Assembly (NCBI GenBank): GCA_963724495.1
Contig: CAVRUZ010000009.1
Location: 1,673 to 65,672 of the forward strand
DNA: 64,000 bases
DNA from: an uncultured Actinomycetota bacterium
GTDB taxonomy: Bacteria; Actinomycetota; Actinomycetes; Propionibacteriales; DAIQRJ01
Direction: 5' to 3'
Positions 42,351 through 51,686 of the stretch are shown piece by piece. Both the position numbers and the translations under genes were made by a program. The notes under the pieces are model-generated. The model searched no databases and had not been told where the DNA came from. It saw only the letters and a program-made list of their open reading frames with translations. How positions within the stretch are numbered: position 1 is the first letter of the stretch; every line of letters starts with the position of its first letter.

Positions 42351-42401
42351 GGCGGCTGCACGTTTCAGGCTGCCGCGGCGGCCTCGTCCTAGCCTGGCCG
42401 C

Positions 42402-42905
42402 GTGTCCGACCAGCCCGCGATTGTCGTCGTCCCGATGACCGACGAGCATGCCGAACGGTCCTGTCGATCTACCGGCAGGGCATCGCCGAGGGCAACGCCA
42501 CGTTCGAGACCGACGTGCCGTCGTGGCCGGCCTTCCGGGCGGCGAGGCTCGCCGACCACTGCTTCGTGGCCGCCGCTGATGGCCGGGTGATCGGCTGGGT
42601 CGCCGCCTCGCCCGTCTCCAGCCGGCCCGCCTACCGCGGCGTGGTCGAGCACTCGGTGTACGTGGACAACGAGGCCCGCGGCCGGGGAGTCGGTGCGCTC
42701 CTGCTGCGGCGTCTCATCGCCTCGACCGAGGCGGCCGGGATCTGGACCATCCAGTCGGCACTGTTCCCGGAGAACACAGCCAGCCTCGCCCTGCACCGAG
42801 CGGCTCGGGTTCCGCGTGGTCGGTACCCGCGAGCGCATCGCCCGACACCACGGCCGCTGGCGGGACACCGTCCTCGTCGAGCGTCGCTCGCCCCTCGTCG
42901 ACTGA
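42402..42905 (+). pseudogene. GNAT N-acetyltransferase (phosphinothricin-acetyltransferase-like) with two frameshifts (about 42455 and about 42810)
   Basis: The segments MSDQPAIVVVPMTDEHAE, IYRQGIAEGNATFETDVPSW...RGRGVGALLLRRL...LALHRAA and GFRVVGTRERIARHHGRWRDTVLVER lie in alternating frames. Confidence 0.75.
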
Positions 42906-42958
42906 CGAAGCTGCGGGCTCCCTGGCCCGTCTCCGACCACCACGGGCACGATGGCGCC

Positions 42959-43486
42959 ATGACGTTCCCCAGTGCCAACCAGACCTCCCCGGGTTACCCG
43001 GCCCAGCGCTACCTCGACGACGCGGGCGAGGCGAGTGCCGCCTTCCATGGCCACGACGTCGGCCACGACCTCGAGATGAGTCCGGGCGGTACCAGGACGT
43101 CGTACCTGGCGACCGGCGAACTCACCGGCGGGCAGTTCGGCCTGTACCAATGGGACATGTCAGCGTCCGGTGGAGGTCCCTCGCCGCATTTCCACCGGAC
43201 CATCAGCGAGTCCTTCTATGTAACGAAGGGAGCGGTGTCGCTGTACAACGGCGAGGCGTGGCGCACGGCTGTCGCGGGCGACTTCCTCTACGTCCCTCAG
43301 GGCGGGATCCACGCCTTCCGCAACGACTCCGGCGAGCCTGCCTCGATGCTGATCCTGTTCACGCCCGGCGCACCGCGAGAGGCCTACTTCGAGGCGCTGG
43401 CACAGGTCCGGGCCGAGGGCCGCACCATGTCGCCGGAGGAGGAGGCCGACCTGCTCCGCCGCCACGACCAGTTCCCGGCGACCTGA
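42959..43486 (+). CDS. Cupin domain protein
   Basis: The cupin motifs are HFHRTISESFYV and GDFLYVPQGGIHAFRN. Confidence 0.7.
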   Translation: MTFPSANQTSPGYPAQRYLDDAGEASAAFHGHDVGHDLEMSPGGTRTSYLATGELTGGQFGLYQWDMSASGGGPSPHFHRTISESFYVTKGAVSLYNGEAWRTAVAGDFLYVPQGGIHAFRNDSGEPASMLILFTPGAPREAYFEALAQVRAEGRTMSPEEEADLLRRHDQFPAT

Positions 43487-43547
43487 TCTGACCGGCCAGC
43501 AAGGCCGATCAAGCCATCCGTCGGTCAGCGCCGATACCTTCTACGCC

Positions 43548-44074
43548 ATGTTCGAGACACCGGAGGAAACGGCCGAACTGCAGGAGCTGCTGGACCGCTC
43601 GCACGCGGGCTCCACCGAGCACCTGCGCGGCATCATCGGACCCAAGGCACTCTGCGCGCCGTGGACATCGTGGCGCTGATGACCGGGATGAAGGTGCTCT
43701 CGGTCGCGACCGTCACCGCTCGCGGTGAGCCGCGCATCAGCGCACTCGACGGCCACTTCCTGCACGCCACCTGGACCTTCACCACCAGCGGTACCGCGGC
43801 GAAGGCCCACCACATCGCCCGGCGCCCGGCGGTGAGCATCGCCCACATCGACAACGAGGAACTGGCGCTGTTCGCCCACGGGCAGGTCCAGACGCTGCAA
43901 CCAGGCGAACCGTTCTGGGACGAGACCCTGGACCACTGGACGGCGCACTACGGCAGCTCACCGCTCTCGTGGGGCGAAGACATCCGCGTCTATCGGTTCC
44001 GGCCGCAGTGGATGGTGGGCTACACCGGCGATCGCGACAAGCTGATGCGCGAGCGGGGGATCACGCCGCCCTGA
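43548..44074 (+). pseudogene. Pyridoxamine 5'-phosphate oxidase-family protein with one frameshift near 43650
   Basis: The N-terminus MFETPEETAELQELLDRSHAGSTEHLRGIIGP is in one frame, and the remainder DIVALMTGMKVLSVATVTARGEPRIS... is in another. Confidence 0.65.
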
Positions 44075-44093
44075 CCAGTCGGGGCGGTCCGCT

Positions 44094-44600
44094 GTGGCCA
44101 ACGTGTCAGGCGGCGTCGGACATGCTGGCGAGGTGACCTCGATCATCTCCCTGACCCGCGAGATCTCCGCACCGGCCGCGGCGGTCTTCGACCTGCTGGC
44201 CACACCTTCGCGACACCAGCTGATCGACGGTTCGGGTTCGGTGCGGAGTGCTCGACCCGGCGGCCCGGACCGCCTGTTCCTCGGCGCGCGGTTCGGGATG
44301 AACATGCGGATGGGCCTCCCATACCGAATCCTCAACGAGGTGGTCGAGTTCGAGGAGGGCCGGCTGATCGCCTGGCGGCACTTCGCCGGCCACGTCTGGC
44401 GCTACATCCTGGAACCGGTCGAGAACTCGGCATCGGATGTCGGAGCCCGTTACTCCACCAGGCTCACCGAGCAGTTCGACCCGACCCATGCCGGATCGCC
44501 GCTGACGCTCAAGCTGCTCGGGTTCCGCCGCCGGAACGAGCGCGCGATCCGCGGAACGCTCGACCGGATCGCCGCCCTGGCCCGCGCCGGCACCCTCTGA
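44094..44600 (+). CDS. SRPBCC (START/polyketide-cyclase-like) family protein
   Basis: The size and the pattern ISAPAAAVFDLLATPSRHQLIDGSG fit this family. I prefer it over the overlapping antisense ORF because of its GC3. Confidence 0.6.
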   Translation: MANVSGGVGHAGEVTSIISLTREISAPAAAVFDLLATPSRHQLIDGSGSVRSARPGGPDRLFLGARFGMNMRMGLPYRILNEVVEFEEGRLIAWRHFAGHVWRYILEPVENSASDVGARYSTRLTEQFDPTHAGSPLTLKLLGFRRRNERAIRGTLDRIAALARAGTL

Positions 44601-44628
44601 CAGGGCTTGCGGGCGTGGGCCTGAGTCG

Positions 44629-45172
44629 TCAGCTCTCGACGGCCAGCCCGGCCAGCACGTCGAGCCAGCCCCGGGAGGTGTCGTCGAACGGGGGCAGGTG
44701 ATTCGTGACAGCCGGCACCAACTGCGCACACGACGACTCTGCCGCACTGATCACCTCAGGCGGATACGCCAGCGTGCGTTGATGCTCGAGGAACTCGTCC
44801 TCATCGTCGACATACACCGAGCCGTCCCAGCGGCGCACGACGTCGAGATCCAGGTCGACTGCCGTCGCCGAGGCAGCCGACCACGACGTCACGCTGGCCA
44901 CGTCGACATAGACCTCAGGATTGTTGGCGCCGGGCGGAGCGTCGGCATAGAAGGTCGCCAAGAACCAGTCATCTCGTGGGCACAGCAGAACGGCGTTGCT
45001 GGGCATCACGAAGTCGGCGCCCGGGCCGCGAGAGTTCGTCGCCGAGATGCTGGCCCATCCAGTGACCGTGCTCGTCACTCCCGAGCCACTTGGCGTCGAA
45101 CGTCCAGTGCCTGGCGCCGCCCCACTTCGTCATCGCGACGTGCACGCGGTCACCGGGCGCCAGGTCACTCAC
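44629..45172 (-). pseudogene. DUF402 domain protein with one frameshift near 45030
   Basis: The two halves lie in different frames. The GTG start overlaps the upstream stop (GTGA at 45169-45172). Confidence 0.55.
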
Positions 45173-46152
45173 CCAGAGGTCCACTCGGCCCTCGTGAGCT
45201 CGGCAGCCTCGGCGCAGCTCGTCCACCGGATCCTGTTGCCCAGCAGCCGATTCACCCGCTCACCAAGCAGGTCCAGCGCGCGAAGTCCCACCTTCGTGCC
45301 GTTGCCGTACAGGCACTGCCAGTGCGTGACGATCGCCGGCCAGCCGCCGGCCTCGAGGATGGGCAGGATGGCGCCCTCGGACCCGTCGTCGGTGAGGTAG
45401 CGGTCAGCGATGCTCTGTACCAGCTCATCATCGTCGCGGCTGTGGTGGAGCGACGCCCAGAAGTGGTCGTTGATGTTCGTCACGATCGAGACGAGCGTGT
45501 TGCCGCCCTCGGCCCTCGCCACGTAGGGCCTCGTCCAGGGCCGATCGTTGAACGCGTGCAGGAAATACCACGAGTGCTTTCGATTGTTCACCGCGAGTTG
45601 CGCGGCCATGATCGCCTGCTGATACTCCGACTCCACGTGGTCGGCGAAGCTCCACGGACTCGTGACTCCGCTGGCATCGATGCCGGCGTCGGCAAGGAGT
45701 TGCAGGGCGTAGGTGATGTAGGGCGTCAGCGTGCTGATGTCCTGGTGCCGCGACCACACGAGCTCCGTCTCCGACAGCATCGAGCCGTCGTCGAGATTGA
45801 CTGCCCAGTCGTGGGTGAGCATCTCCGGTGAGAAGTCGAACCTCGGACCCAGCCGCGTGCGCGCTGTCTCGATCCACGACCGGGTGACCTCCGGCGGGTG
45901 ACCCTCGATGCCACGGACGATGTCTCCGCGGCCGGCAGGCATCGGCACGATCGAGAACTTGCCGGCCATCCCATGGCGTTCGGTCACGTCGCAGAACTCG
46001 TCGAGCAGGCTGTTCGGAACCTCGTCCACGAGGCGCACGCCATCGCCGGTGAGCGGCTCCTTGTCGTGCGCATCCGGGAGGTGATGTCGATACAGGTGGA
46101 CGACAGGGCAACCGTCGTCGATGACCAGCGAGAGCGGCACAGCCTCTGGCAT
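45169..46152 (-). CDS. Hypothetical protein, family not recognised
   Basis: The ORF is intact at 327 aa with high GC3. I recognised no diagnostic motif. Confidence 0.5.
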   Translation of the reverse strand: MPEAVPLSLVIDDGCPVVHLYRHHLPDAHDKEPLTGDGVRLVDEVPNSLLDEFCDVTERHGMAGKFSIVPMPAGRGDIVRGIEGHPPEVTRSWIETARTRLGPRFDFSPEMLTHDWAVNLDDGSMLSETELVWSRHQDISTLTPYITYALQLLADAGIDASGVTSPWSFADHVESEYQQAIMAAQLAVNNRKHSWYFLHAFNDRPWTRPYVARAEGGNTLVSIVTNINDHFWASLHHSRDDDELVQSIADRYLTDDGSEGAILPILEAGGWPAIVTHWQCLYGNGTKVGLRALDLLGERVNRLLGNRIRWTSCAEAAELTRAEWTSG

Positions 46153-46271
46153 TCCTGACCTCCTGATTGGCTTCTCGAGTGCGCCGCGACGCTACCCGGC
46201 GTCACGGTCGGGCCCGCGACCAAGGTCGCCGGTCCGGGGAGCGTCCGTTGGCTCACTGGCAGGCTGCGCCC

Positions 46272-46934
46272 ATGACCGAGGAAGCGGAGTCCGAGGAGCG
46301 CGACTACCTGCAGTGGCACGACGCCTACGACGATCCCGGCTCCGACCTGTCGCGCCGGCTCAGCGTCGTCCAGGGGCACATTCGCGACCGGTTGAACGCC
46401 ACCACGGGACCCATCCGAGTTCTCAGCGTCTGCTCCGGTGACGGTCGCGACATCCTCGACGTGCTGGCCGAGCGGTCGGACCGCGAGCGGGTGTCCGGTG
46501 CTCTGCTCGAACTGCACGAAGGCGTCGCCGAACGCGCCCGGCAGCGGATCGACGAGCTCGGACTCGCCGACCGGTTCGAGGTCCGGACTGTGGACGCCGG
46601 GCTCACGGACAGCTTCATCGACGCCGTGCCGGCCGACATCGTGTTGCTGGTCGGCATCTTCGGCAACATCCACCCGCCCGAGATCAAGGCCCTCATCGAC
46701 ACGGTCCCGCAGCTCGCGCGGCCGGACGCGCTGGTGCTCTGGACGAGGGGACGCTCGGTTCCGGGCGGTGGCGGCCGCACGAGTGAGATTGCGGGCTGGG
46801 TGCGCGACGCCGGGTGTGCCGAGCTCTCGATCACGGCCCCGGCGGACGCCCAGTTCGTCGTCGGGGCCGCGGAGTTCCGTGGCGTTCCCGAACCGCTGCG
46901 CACCGGCCGGCGGCTGTTCACCTTCTTCCGCTGA
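46272..46934 (+). CDS. Class I SAM-dependent methyltransferase
   Basis: The motif I-like sequence VLSVCSGDGRDIL is present. Confidence 0.7.
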   Translation: MTEEAESEERDYLQWHDAYDDPGSDLSRRLSVVQGHIRDRLNATTGPIRVLSVCSGDGRDILDVLAERSDRERVSGALLELHEGVAERARQRIDELGLADRFEVRTVDAGLTDSFIDAVPADIVLLVGIFGNIHPPEIKALIDTVPQLARPDALVLWTRGRSVPGGGGRTSEIAGWVRDAGCAELSITAPADAQFVVGAAEFRGVPEPLRTGRRLFTFFR

Positions 46935-46950
46935 CGGGTGCATTCGACCA

Positions 46951-46977
46951 CATTGCGGACCGGAACCGTCCGCAATG
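46951..46977. other. Perfect 10-bp inverted repeat CATTGCGGAC-N7-GTCCGCAATG
   Basis: The repeat lies 17 nt after the methyltransferase stop and upstream of the DinB gene. There is no U-tract. Confidence 0.35.
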
Positions 46978-47029
46978 GCCTGGACACTTGGTCGTACGTC
47001 CGCTTCGACAACACACCGAGGAGCTGTTC

Positions 47030-47626
47030 ATGACGACCGCATCGCAGGCGACCACCCGCACGTTGACCGAATCCCTGGTCGACCAGCTCGAGTGGCACTG
47101 GCAGGAGCACCTACGGCCTCGCTTCGACGGGCTCACCGACCAGGAGTACTTCGCCGAGCCGGTGGCCGGCTGCTGGAACGTGCACCCGCGCGGCCGGTCC
47201 AGCGCTCCGGTGCAGGCCGGGTCGGGCGCCTTCACCATCGACTTCGCCTTCCCGCAGCCGGAACCGGCGCCGGTCACGACGATCGCCTGGCGGCTGGGTC
47301 ACCTGCTGGTGGGCGTGTTCGGAGCGCGCAACGCGAGCCACTTCGGCGGACCGCCGTGCGACTACGAGTCGTTCGACTACGCCGGCACGGCCGCAGGCGC
47401 CCTCGCCCAGCTCGACGAGCAGCACGACCGCTGGATCGCCGGCGTCCGCGCGCTCGACGACGAAGCGCTGCGCCGCCCGGTCGGGCCTGCCGAGGGCCCG
47501 TTCGCCGAGTCGCCGATGATCGACCTGGTGCTGCACATCCACCGCGAGGTGATCCACCACGGTGCGGAGATCGCGCTGCTGCGGGACCTCTGGGCGCACG
47601 GGCTGCCCGACCAGCGGGCGGCCTGA
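47030..47626 (+). CDS. DinB-family (DUF664-like) protein
   Basis: The RBS GAGGAG lies before ATG 47030. The helical-bundle His pattern is WRLGHL...HIHREVIHHGAEIALLRD. Confidence 0.7.
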   Translation: MTTASQATTRTLTESLVDQLEWHWQEHLRPRFDGLTDQEYFAEPVAGCWNVHPRGRSSAPVQAGSGAFTIDFAFPQPEPAPVTTIAWRLGHLLVGVFGARNASHFGGPPCDYESFDYAGTAAGALAQLDEQHDRWIAGVRALDDEALRRPVGPAEGPFAESPMIDLVLHIHREVIHHGAEIALLRDLWAHGLPDQRAA

Positions 47627-47701
47627 CCTCAAGCCGAGCAGCGAAGGAGGCAGCGGCGATCACCGTCGGCGACGCCTGAGGTCAGGGCACAATCGTCTGC
47701 A

Positions 47702-48227
47702 ATGGCAACCTCGGCGGCCGACGTCCGCACCATCATCACCGTGCTGCGACGTCACTGCATCGATCCCGGCGTCTCCGGTGGCTGGGGAGTCGACGCCCTG
47801 GCCGGCCGGCAGACCCGGCCGCATCGCGATCTGGATCTCTCCGTACCGGCTGACCACCTGGACCGTGCGCTGTTCGCCTTGACCGGCTTGGGATTCTCGA
47901 TCTCGGTCGACTGGCTGCCCGTGCGAGTGGAGCTGGCAGCGCGGAGTGAGTGGGTCGACCTCCACCCCGTTCGGGCCCGTCGCGACGGGAGTGCGTGGCA
48001 GGCAGGACTCGACACGCCCGGATCCCTGGTCCGCTGACGAGGTCGGCGGATTCGTCTATCCGGCGGACGGATGGGCTGAGGGATCGCGTGGACGGACTGC
48101 CGGTGCGGTGCATCTCTGCCGATCTGCAGCGGCAGTTCCACTCCGGCTACTTCCCGCGCGACATCGACCTGCACGACCTCGAAGGTCCTTGCACTCCCTG
48201 CCGGAGCAGGTCAACCGCCCAGACTAG
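47702..48227 (+). pseudogene. Nucleotidyltransferase (aminoglycoside/lincosamide NTase-like) with at least two frameshifts (about 47990-48090)
   Basis: The catalytic pattern GGWGVDALAGRQTRPHRDLDL is in the first frame. Downstream, GFVYPADGW and VDGLPVRCISADLQRQFHSGY lie in the other two frames. The end coordinate is uncertain. Confidence 0.55.
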
Positions 48228-48874
48228 CAACGAAGTTGATCAGCGTGGCGATGACGAAGGTGCCGAACACGTAGCTCAGAAGGGCGTGCTGCAGTCCGGC
48301 CGTGCGCATCGTGGTGTTCCGGAAGCCGGTGTCCGAGACCTGGAAGCACATGCCCATCGTGAACGCGACATAGGCGAAGTCGCGGTAGCTCGGGACCACC
48401 GTCCCGGCGAAGTCGATGCCGCCGCCGGCATCGTCGCCCGGAGCCTTGCCCGTGAGCGCAGCGCCCATACCCGCTTCAACGTCGGCGTAGTAGAGCTGCC
48501 CGTACAGAGCCGTGAAGATGGTCTGCACCGAGAACCAGGCAACGGCGCAACTGAGCAACGCCACCGCCGCCTGCAGGTCGCGGGTGGCCTCCGCCCCCGA
48601 ACAGCAACAGCGCAACCGACGCGAGACTGCCGAAGGCGAGGAGCACGACCAGGACATGTGACACGAGTCGGCCCGGTTCCTCCTCCTGAGCATGCAGCCG
48701 TGTCTGGTCGCCGTCGAACGGCCACATGACCACCCAACTCCACGCCGAATAGACGACGCACAGCACAGCCAGCCCGATCAGCAGCCCGAATCGCCACCCT
48801 GACTGGGCGGTCGTAATCGCACCGGCCGCGCGCGCAACGACGATCGCGACCATCAGTCGTATCCGCCCGGCCAT
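48211..48874 (-). pseudogene. DUF1345 membrane protein with one frameshift near 48595
   Basis: The N-terminal TM part (MAGRIRLMVAIVV...) and the C-terminal part (FAYVAFTMGMCFQVSDT...) are in different frames. Confidence 0.65.
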
Positions 48875-48967
48875 CAGTCCCTCCTCGCCGCACTCATCGT
48901 GTCCCACCGACGAGACCGGTCGGCGTCTGACGCGCCACCACGACGGAGCACGTGTCACAGTGCTGCC

Positions 48968-49328
48968 ATGGACGCCGGGCCGCCGTTGGACACGCTGGTG
49001 TTCTTCGTCCCGGTCGAGGACACCGACCGCGTACTCGAGGCGGTCTTCGCCGCCGGCGCTGGCCGCGTCGGCCAGTACGCCGACTGCGCGTTCGTCTCCT
49101 CCGGGACCGGGCAGTTCCGGCCGCTTCCGGGCTCGGCGCCCTCGGCTGGGCACGATCGGGGAACTCAGCCAGGTCGAGGAGAACCGCGTCGAACTCGTCC
49201 TCCCGCGTTCGAGTCGGCCTCGGTGGTGGCGGCGTTGCTTGCGGCCCACCCCTACGAGCAACCGGCCTGGTCGGTCTTCGAGAACGCCGTCGTGCCGACC
49301 GCGGATCCAGCAGGGCAGGCCGGCATGA
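48968..49328 (+). pseudogene. Small Nif3/YqfO C-terminal-like protein with a pair of compensating frameshifts (about 49140 and about 49205); the stop is uncertain
   Basis: The protein reads VFFVPVEDTDRVLEAVFAAGAGRVGQYADCAF, then LGTIGELSQVEENRVELVLPR in another frame, then returns to the first frame for VVAALLAAHPYEQPAWSVF. Confidence 0.45.
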
Positions 49329-49918
49329 CGACACTCGTGACGGGCTTCGATCCCTTCGGTGGCATGAGCAGCAATCCCTCGCAGGCTGCTGGTTCGTGGC
49401 TGGCCGACCATCATGACGACACCGTGTTCGTGCCGGTGCCGACTAGCTACGCCGGCAGCGTCACTGCTCTGGAGCGTGCGCTCCGGACGCACAGTCCAGC
49501 CTCCGTGCTGCTGCTGGGCTTCGCCGCCGGCGCAGCCGGTCTGCGGCCCGAGCGGTGCGCCCGCAACCGGACCACCGCCGCAGCACCGGACAACGACGGC
49601 AAGTGGCAGGCCGGTCCGATCCAGGCAGACGGACCGGACCGGATCGATACTTCCGTCGACTACGACGGGCTCCTGAACGTCCTTGGCAGCAAGGGAATTC
49701 CGCACACGGCCTCGGACGACGCGGGCGGCTACGTGTGCAACTGGCTGTACTGGCACGCGCTGGTCGACCATCCACAGCTGCCGATCCTGTTCGTGCACCT
49801 GGCCGAATCGCCAACCAGGGCTCAGTGGCGCAAGAACTGTGCCGGCCTGTTGCTGATAGCCGATGCCCTATCAGCACGATCTGCGGTCAGTACTCGTCGT
49901 GCCGCTTCCCCGTCGTGA
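49325..49918 (+). CDS. pcp: Pyroglutamyl-peptidase I (peptidase C15)
   Basis: The protein starts MTTLVTGFDPFGG and carries SDDAGGYVCNWLYW around the catalytic Cys. The C-terminus may be altered. Confidence 0.7.
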   Translation: MTTLVTGFDPFGGMSSNPSQAAGSWLADHHDDTVFVPVPTSYAGSVTALERALRTHSPASVLLLGFAAGAAGLRPERCARNRTTAAAPDNDGKWQAGPIQADGPDRIDTSVDYDGLLNVLGSKGIPHTASDDAGGYVCNWLYWHALVDHPQLPILFVHLAESPTRAQWRKNCAGLLLIADALSARSAVSTRRAASPS

Positions 49919-50553
49919 ACGTCGGAAGCTGCGGCCAGCCCTCGGGTGAGTCCTCCCACTCCTCCTGACGGCCGTAGGGGCTGATGTCGAGGTAGCCGAC
50001 CAGCCCCGAGAGCGGCTCGACCCCGCGGCCAGTGGTCGAGTAGGTGAGGAACACCTCGTCGCCGCGGCGCAGGTAGACGCTCACTCCGGGCACTTCACCG
50101 TCGGGCTGGGTCCAGCCGAAGTCCTGGTTGTACGAACAGCCCGACGACGAGACCCACGGCACCTGCCAGCCCATCCGCTCGGAGTAGGCCAGCAGCTTCT
50201 CGATCGGCGCACGGGAGATCCGGACGAAGCTGACGTCGTGCGCCCACAGATGGGCGAGGTGCGGGACGTTGTCGGCGAGGTTCGAGCAGCTCGGGCAGCC
50301 CGCATCCCACTCCGGGTCGAACATGAAGTTGTGCACGATCAGCTGGGACCGGCCATCGAACAACTCGAGCCAGGGTCACCGGACCGTTCGCACCCTCGAA
50401 CACGTAGTTGTCCACGCGCATCATCGGCAGTCGCCGGCGCCGTGCACTCACCTGGTCGCGTGCCTTGGTCTCGGCCTTCTCTTCGGCGAGGAGGTCGGCG
50501 CGTGCCTGCTCCCAGCGGCTCTTGTCGACCACGTCCGGGTATGCCTGCGTCAT
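49887..50553 (-). pseudogene. DUF899 thioredoxin-fold protein with one frameshift near 50365
   Basis: The N-terminus MTQAYPDVVDKSRWEQARADLLAEEKA and the C-terminal part LIVHNFMFDPEWDAGCPSCS lie in different frames. Confidence 0.75.
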
Positions 50554-50732
50554 GCGGTGTCCTCTCAGTCATGCTGTCTCTCGTCGATGCCGCGCGGCGG
50601 AAATGCGCGGTCACCAAGTCAGACTCGGCCGGTGCGCCCGGCTCATCGGGTACATGATGATCGTGTCCTGTGCCACAGGTTCATCGGTGATCATGGGCTC
50701 TCCGGCCCGCGGACGACGGCGATCTAGGTCTC

Positions 50733-50817
50733 TTGACGCCAACGTGACATCAGGTCGGAAAGATTTGACGTCAGAACTGCTTGACGTGACGTCATCGTGA
50801 TGTCATGGTTGGCGTCA
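50733..50817. promoter_or_regulatory. Composite palindromic operator/promoter region: a 19-20 nt inverted repeat flanking two TGACGTCA palindromes and repeated TTGACG boxes
   Basis: The left arm is TTGACGCCAACGTGACATCA (50733-50752) and the right arm is TGATGTCATGGTTGGCGTCA (50798-50817). The TGACGTCA palindromes are at 50766-50773 and 50787-50794. The right arm covers both candidate ATGs of the downstream gene. Confidence 0.45.
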
Positions 50818-51594
50818 TGGAACTCGCACCGCACGTAGATGCCATCCGTCGCGACCTGTCCGCGGCGACGGCGCTGGCCGATGACAGCACCCGAGAGATC
50901 GCTGCCCGGCTCGGCTCCACGCTCGACACGAGCGCCCGGATGGCCTTGATGGACGCGCTCTCGCAGGCGTGCGCGGAGATCAGCCGCGACCTTGCGCCCG
51001 GCTCGGTCGAGGTTCGCCTCGCCGGCCGTGACCCTCAGTTCGTCGTCACCGCTCCCCCGAGGATGACACCGGCAGCCGAGCCCACCCGGGCCGTGCCGAC
51101 CACCGACGAGGACGAGGACGAGGCCACCGACGCCACCGAGGGTGACGAAGACACCGCCGAGGGCGGCGAGGAGGAGTTCGACGAGGAGGACGGCAACACC
51201 GTCCGGCTCACCTTCCGGCTCCCGGCCGGCCTCAAGAACCGGGTGGAGGCGGCGGCCAGCGACAGCGGCCAGTCGGTCAACGCCTGGCTCAACGACGCGG
51301 TCCGCTTCGCGGTCGACATGAACGACTGGAGCGCGTTCGGCCAGGGCCGAGGGCCGCGCCCGCCACGGGCACCCTCGCCCACCGCGTCCGCCCCGTCCGC
51401 CCAAGGACAAGAGCGGCCGCCGCGGCGGGATCAACTTCGGCGAGATGTTCGGCGACATGTTCGGCAACATCGGCGAGCAGGTCAGCCGCGAAGTCGAGCG
51501 GTCGCTCCACGGCCTGCACGGCGAACACGGCCCGCACGGCAAGCCGGGCAAGAAGCACGGCCCGGACACCCACGTCAGCGGCTGGGTCCGCTGA
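50805..51594 (+). pseudogene. Ribbon-helix-helix (HicB/Arc-like) DNA-binding protein with an acidic linker; frameshift near 51350-51410
   Basis: The RHH motif is RLTFRLPAGLKNRVEAAASDSGQSVNAWLNDAVRFAV. The tail GGINFGEMFGDMFGNIGEQVSREVERSLHG... continues in another frame to TGA 51592-51594. An alternative start is ATG 50817. Confidence 0.6.
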
Positions 51595-51686
51595 CCCAGC
51601 CAGCACCACCAACGTCACGAAAGACCATGCCGACCCCACGCGTCGGTACCAACACCTAGGCGCACGCGCCATCAGGAGGCATTGCC

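Noticed and set aside
43541-43948. A 135-aa minus-strand ORF overlapping the PPOX gene.
   Set aside because: The plus-strand frames give a recognisable PNPOx-family protein. The minus-strand ORF is its antisense shadow.
50611-50694. A 27-codon ORF (MITDEPVAQDTIIMYPMSRAHRPSLTW) on the minus strand in the lower-GC DUF899/RHH intergenic region. It overlaps the palindrome CCTGTGCCACAGG.
   Set aside because: The GGAGAG is only 3 nt from the ATG, there is no family resemblance, and the ORF is too short to support from sequence alone. The region is more likely promoter/operator DNA.
51100-51200. An acidic GAC/GAG-rich low-complexity stretch.
   Set aside because: It is in-frame inside the RHH protein and encodes its D/E-rich linker. 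It is not a non-coding microsatellite.
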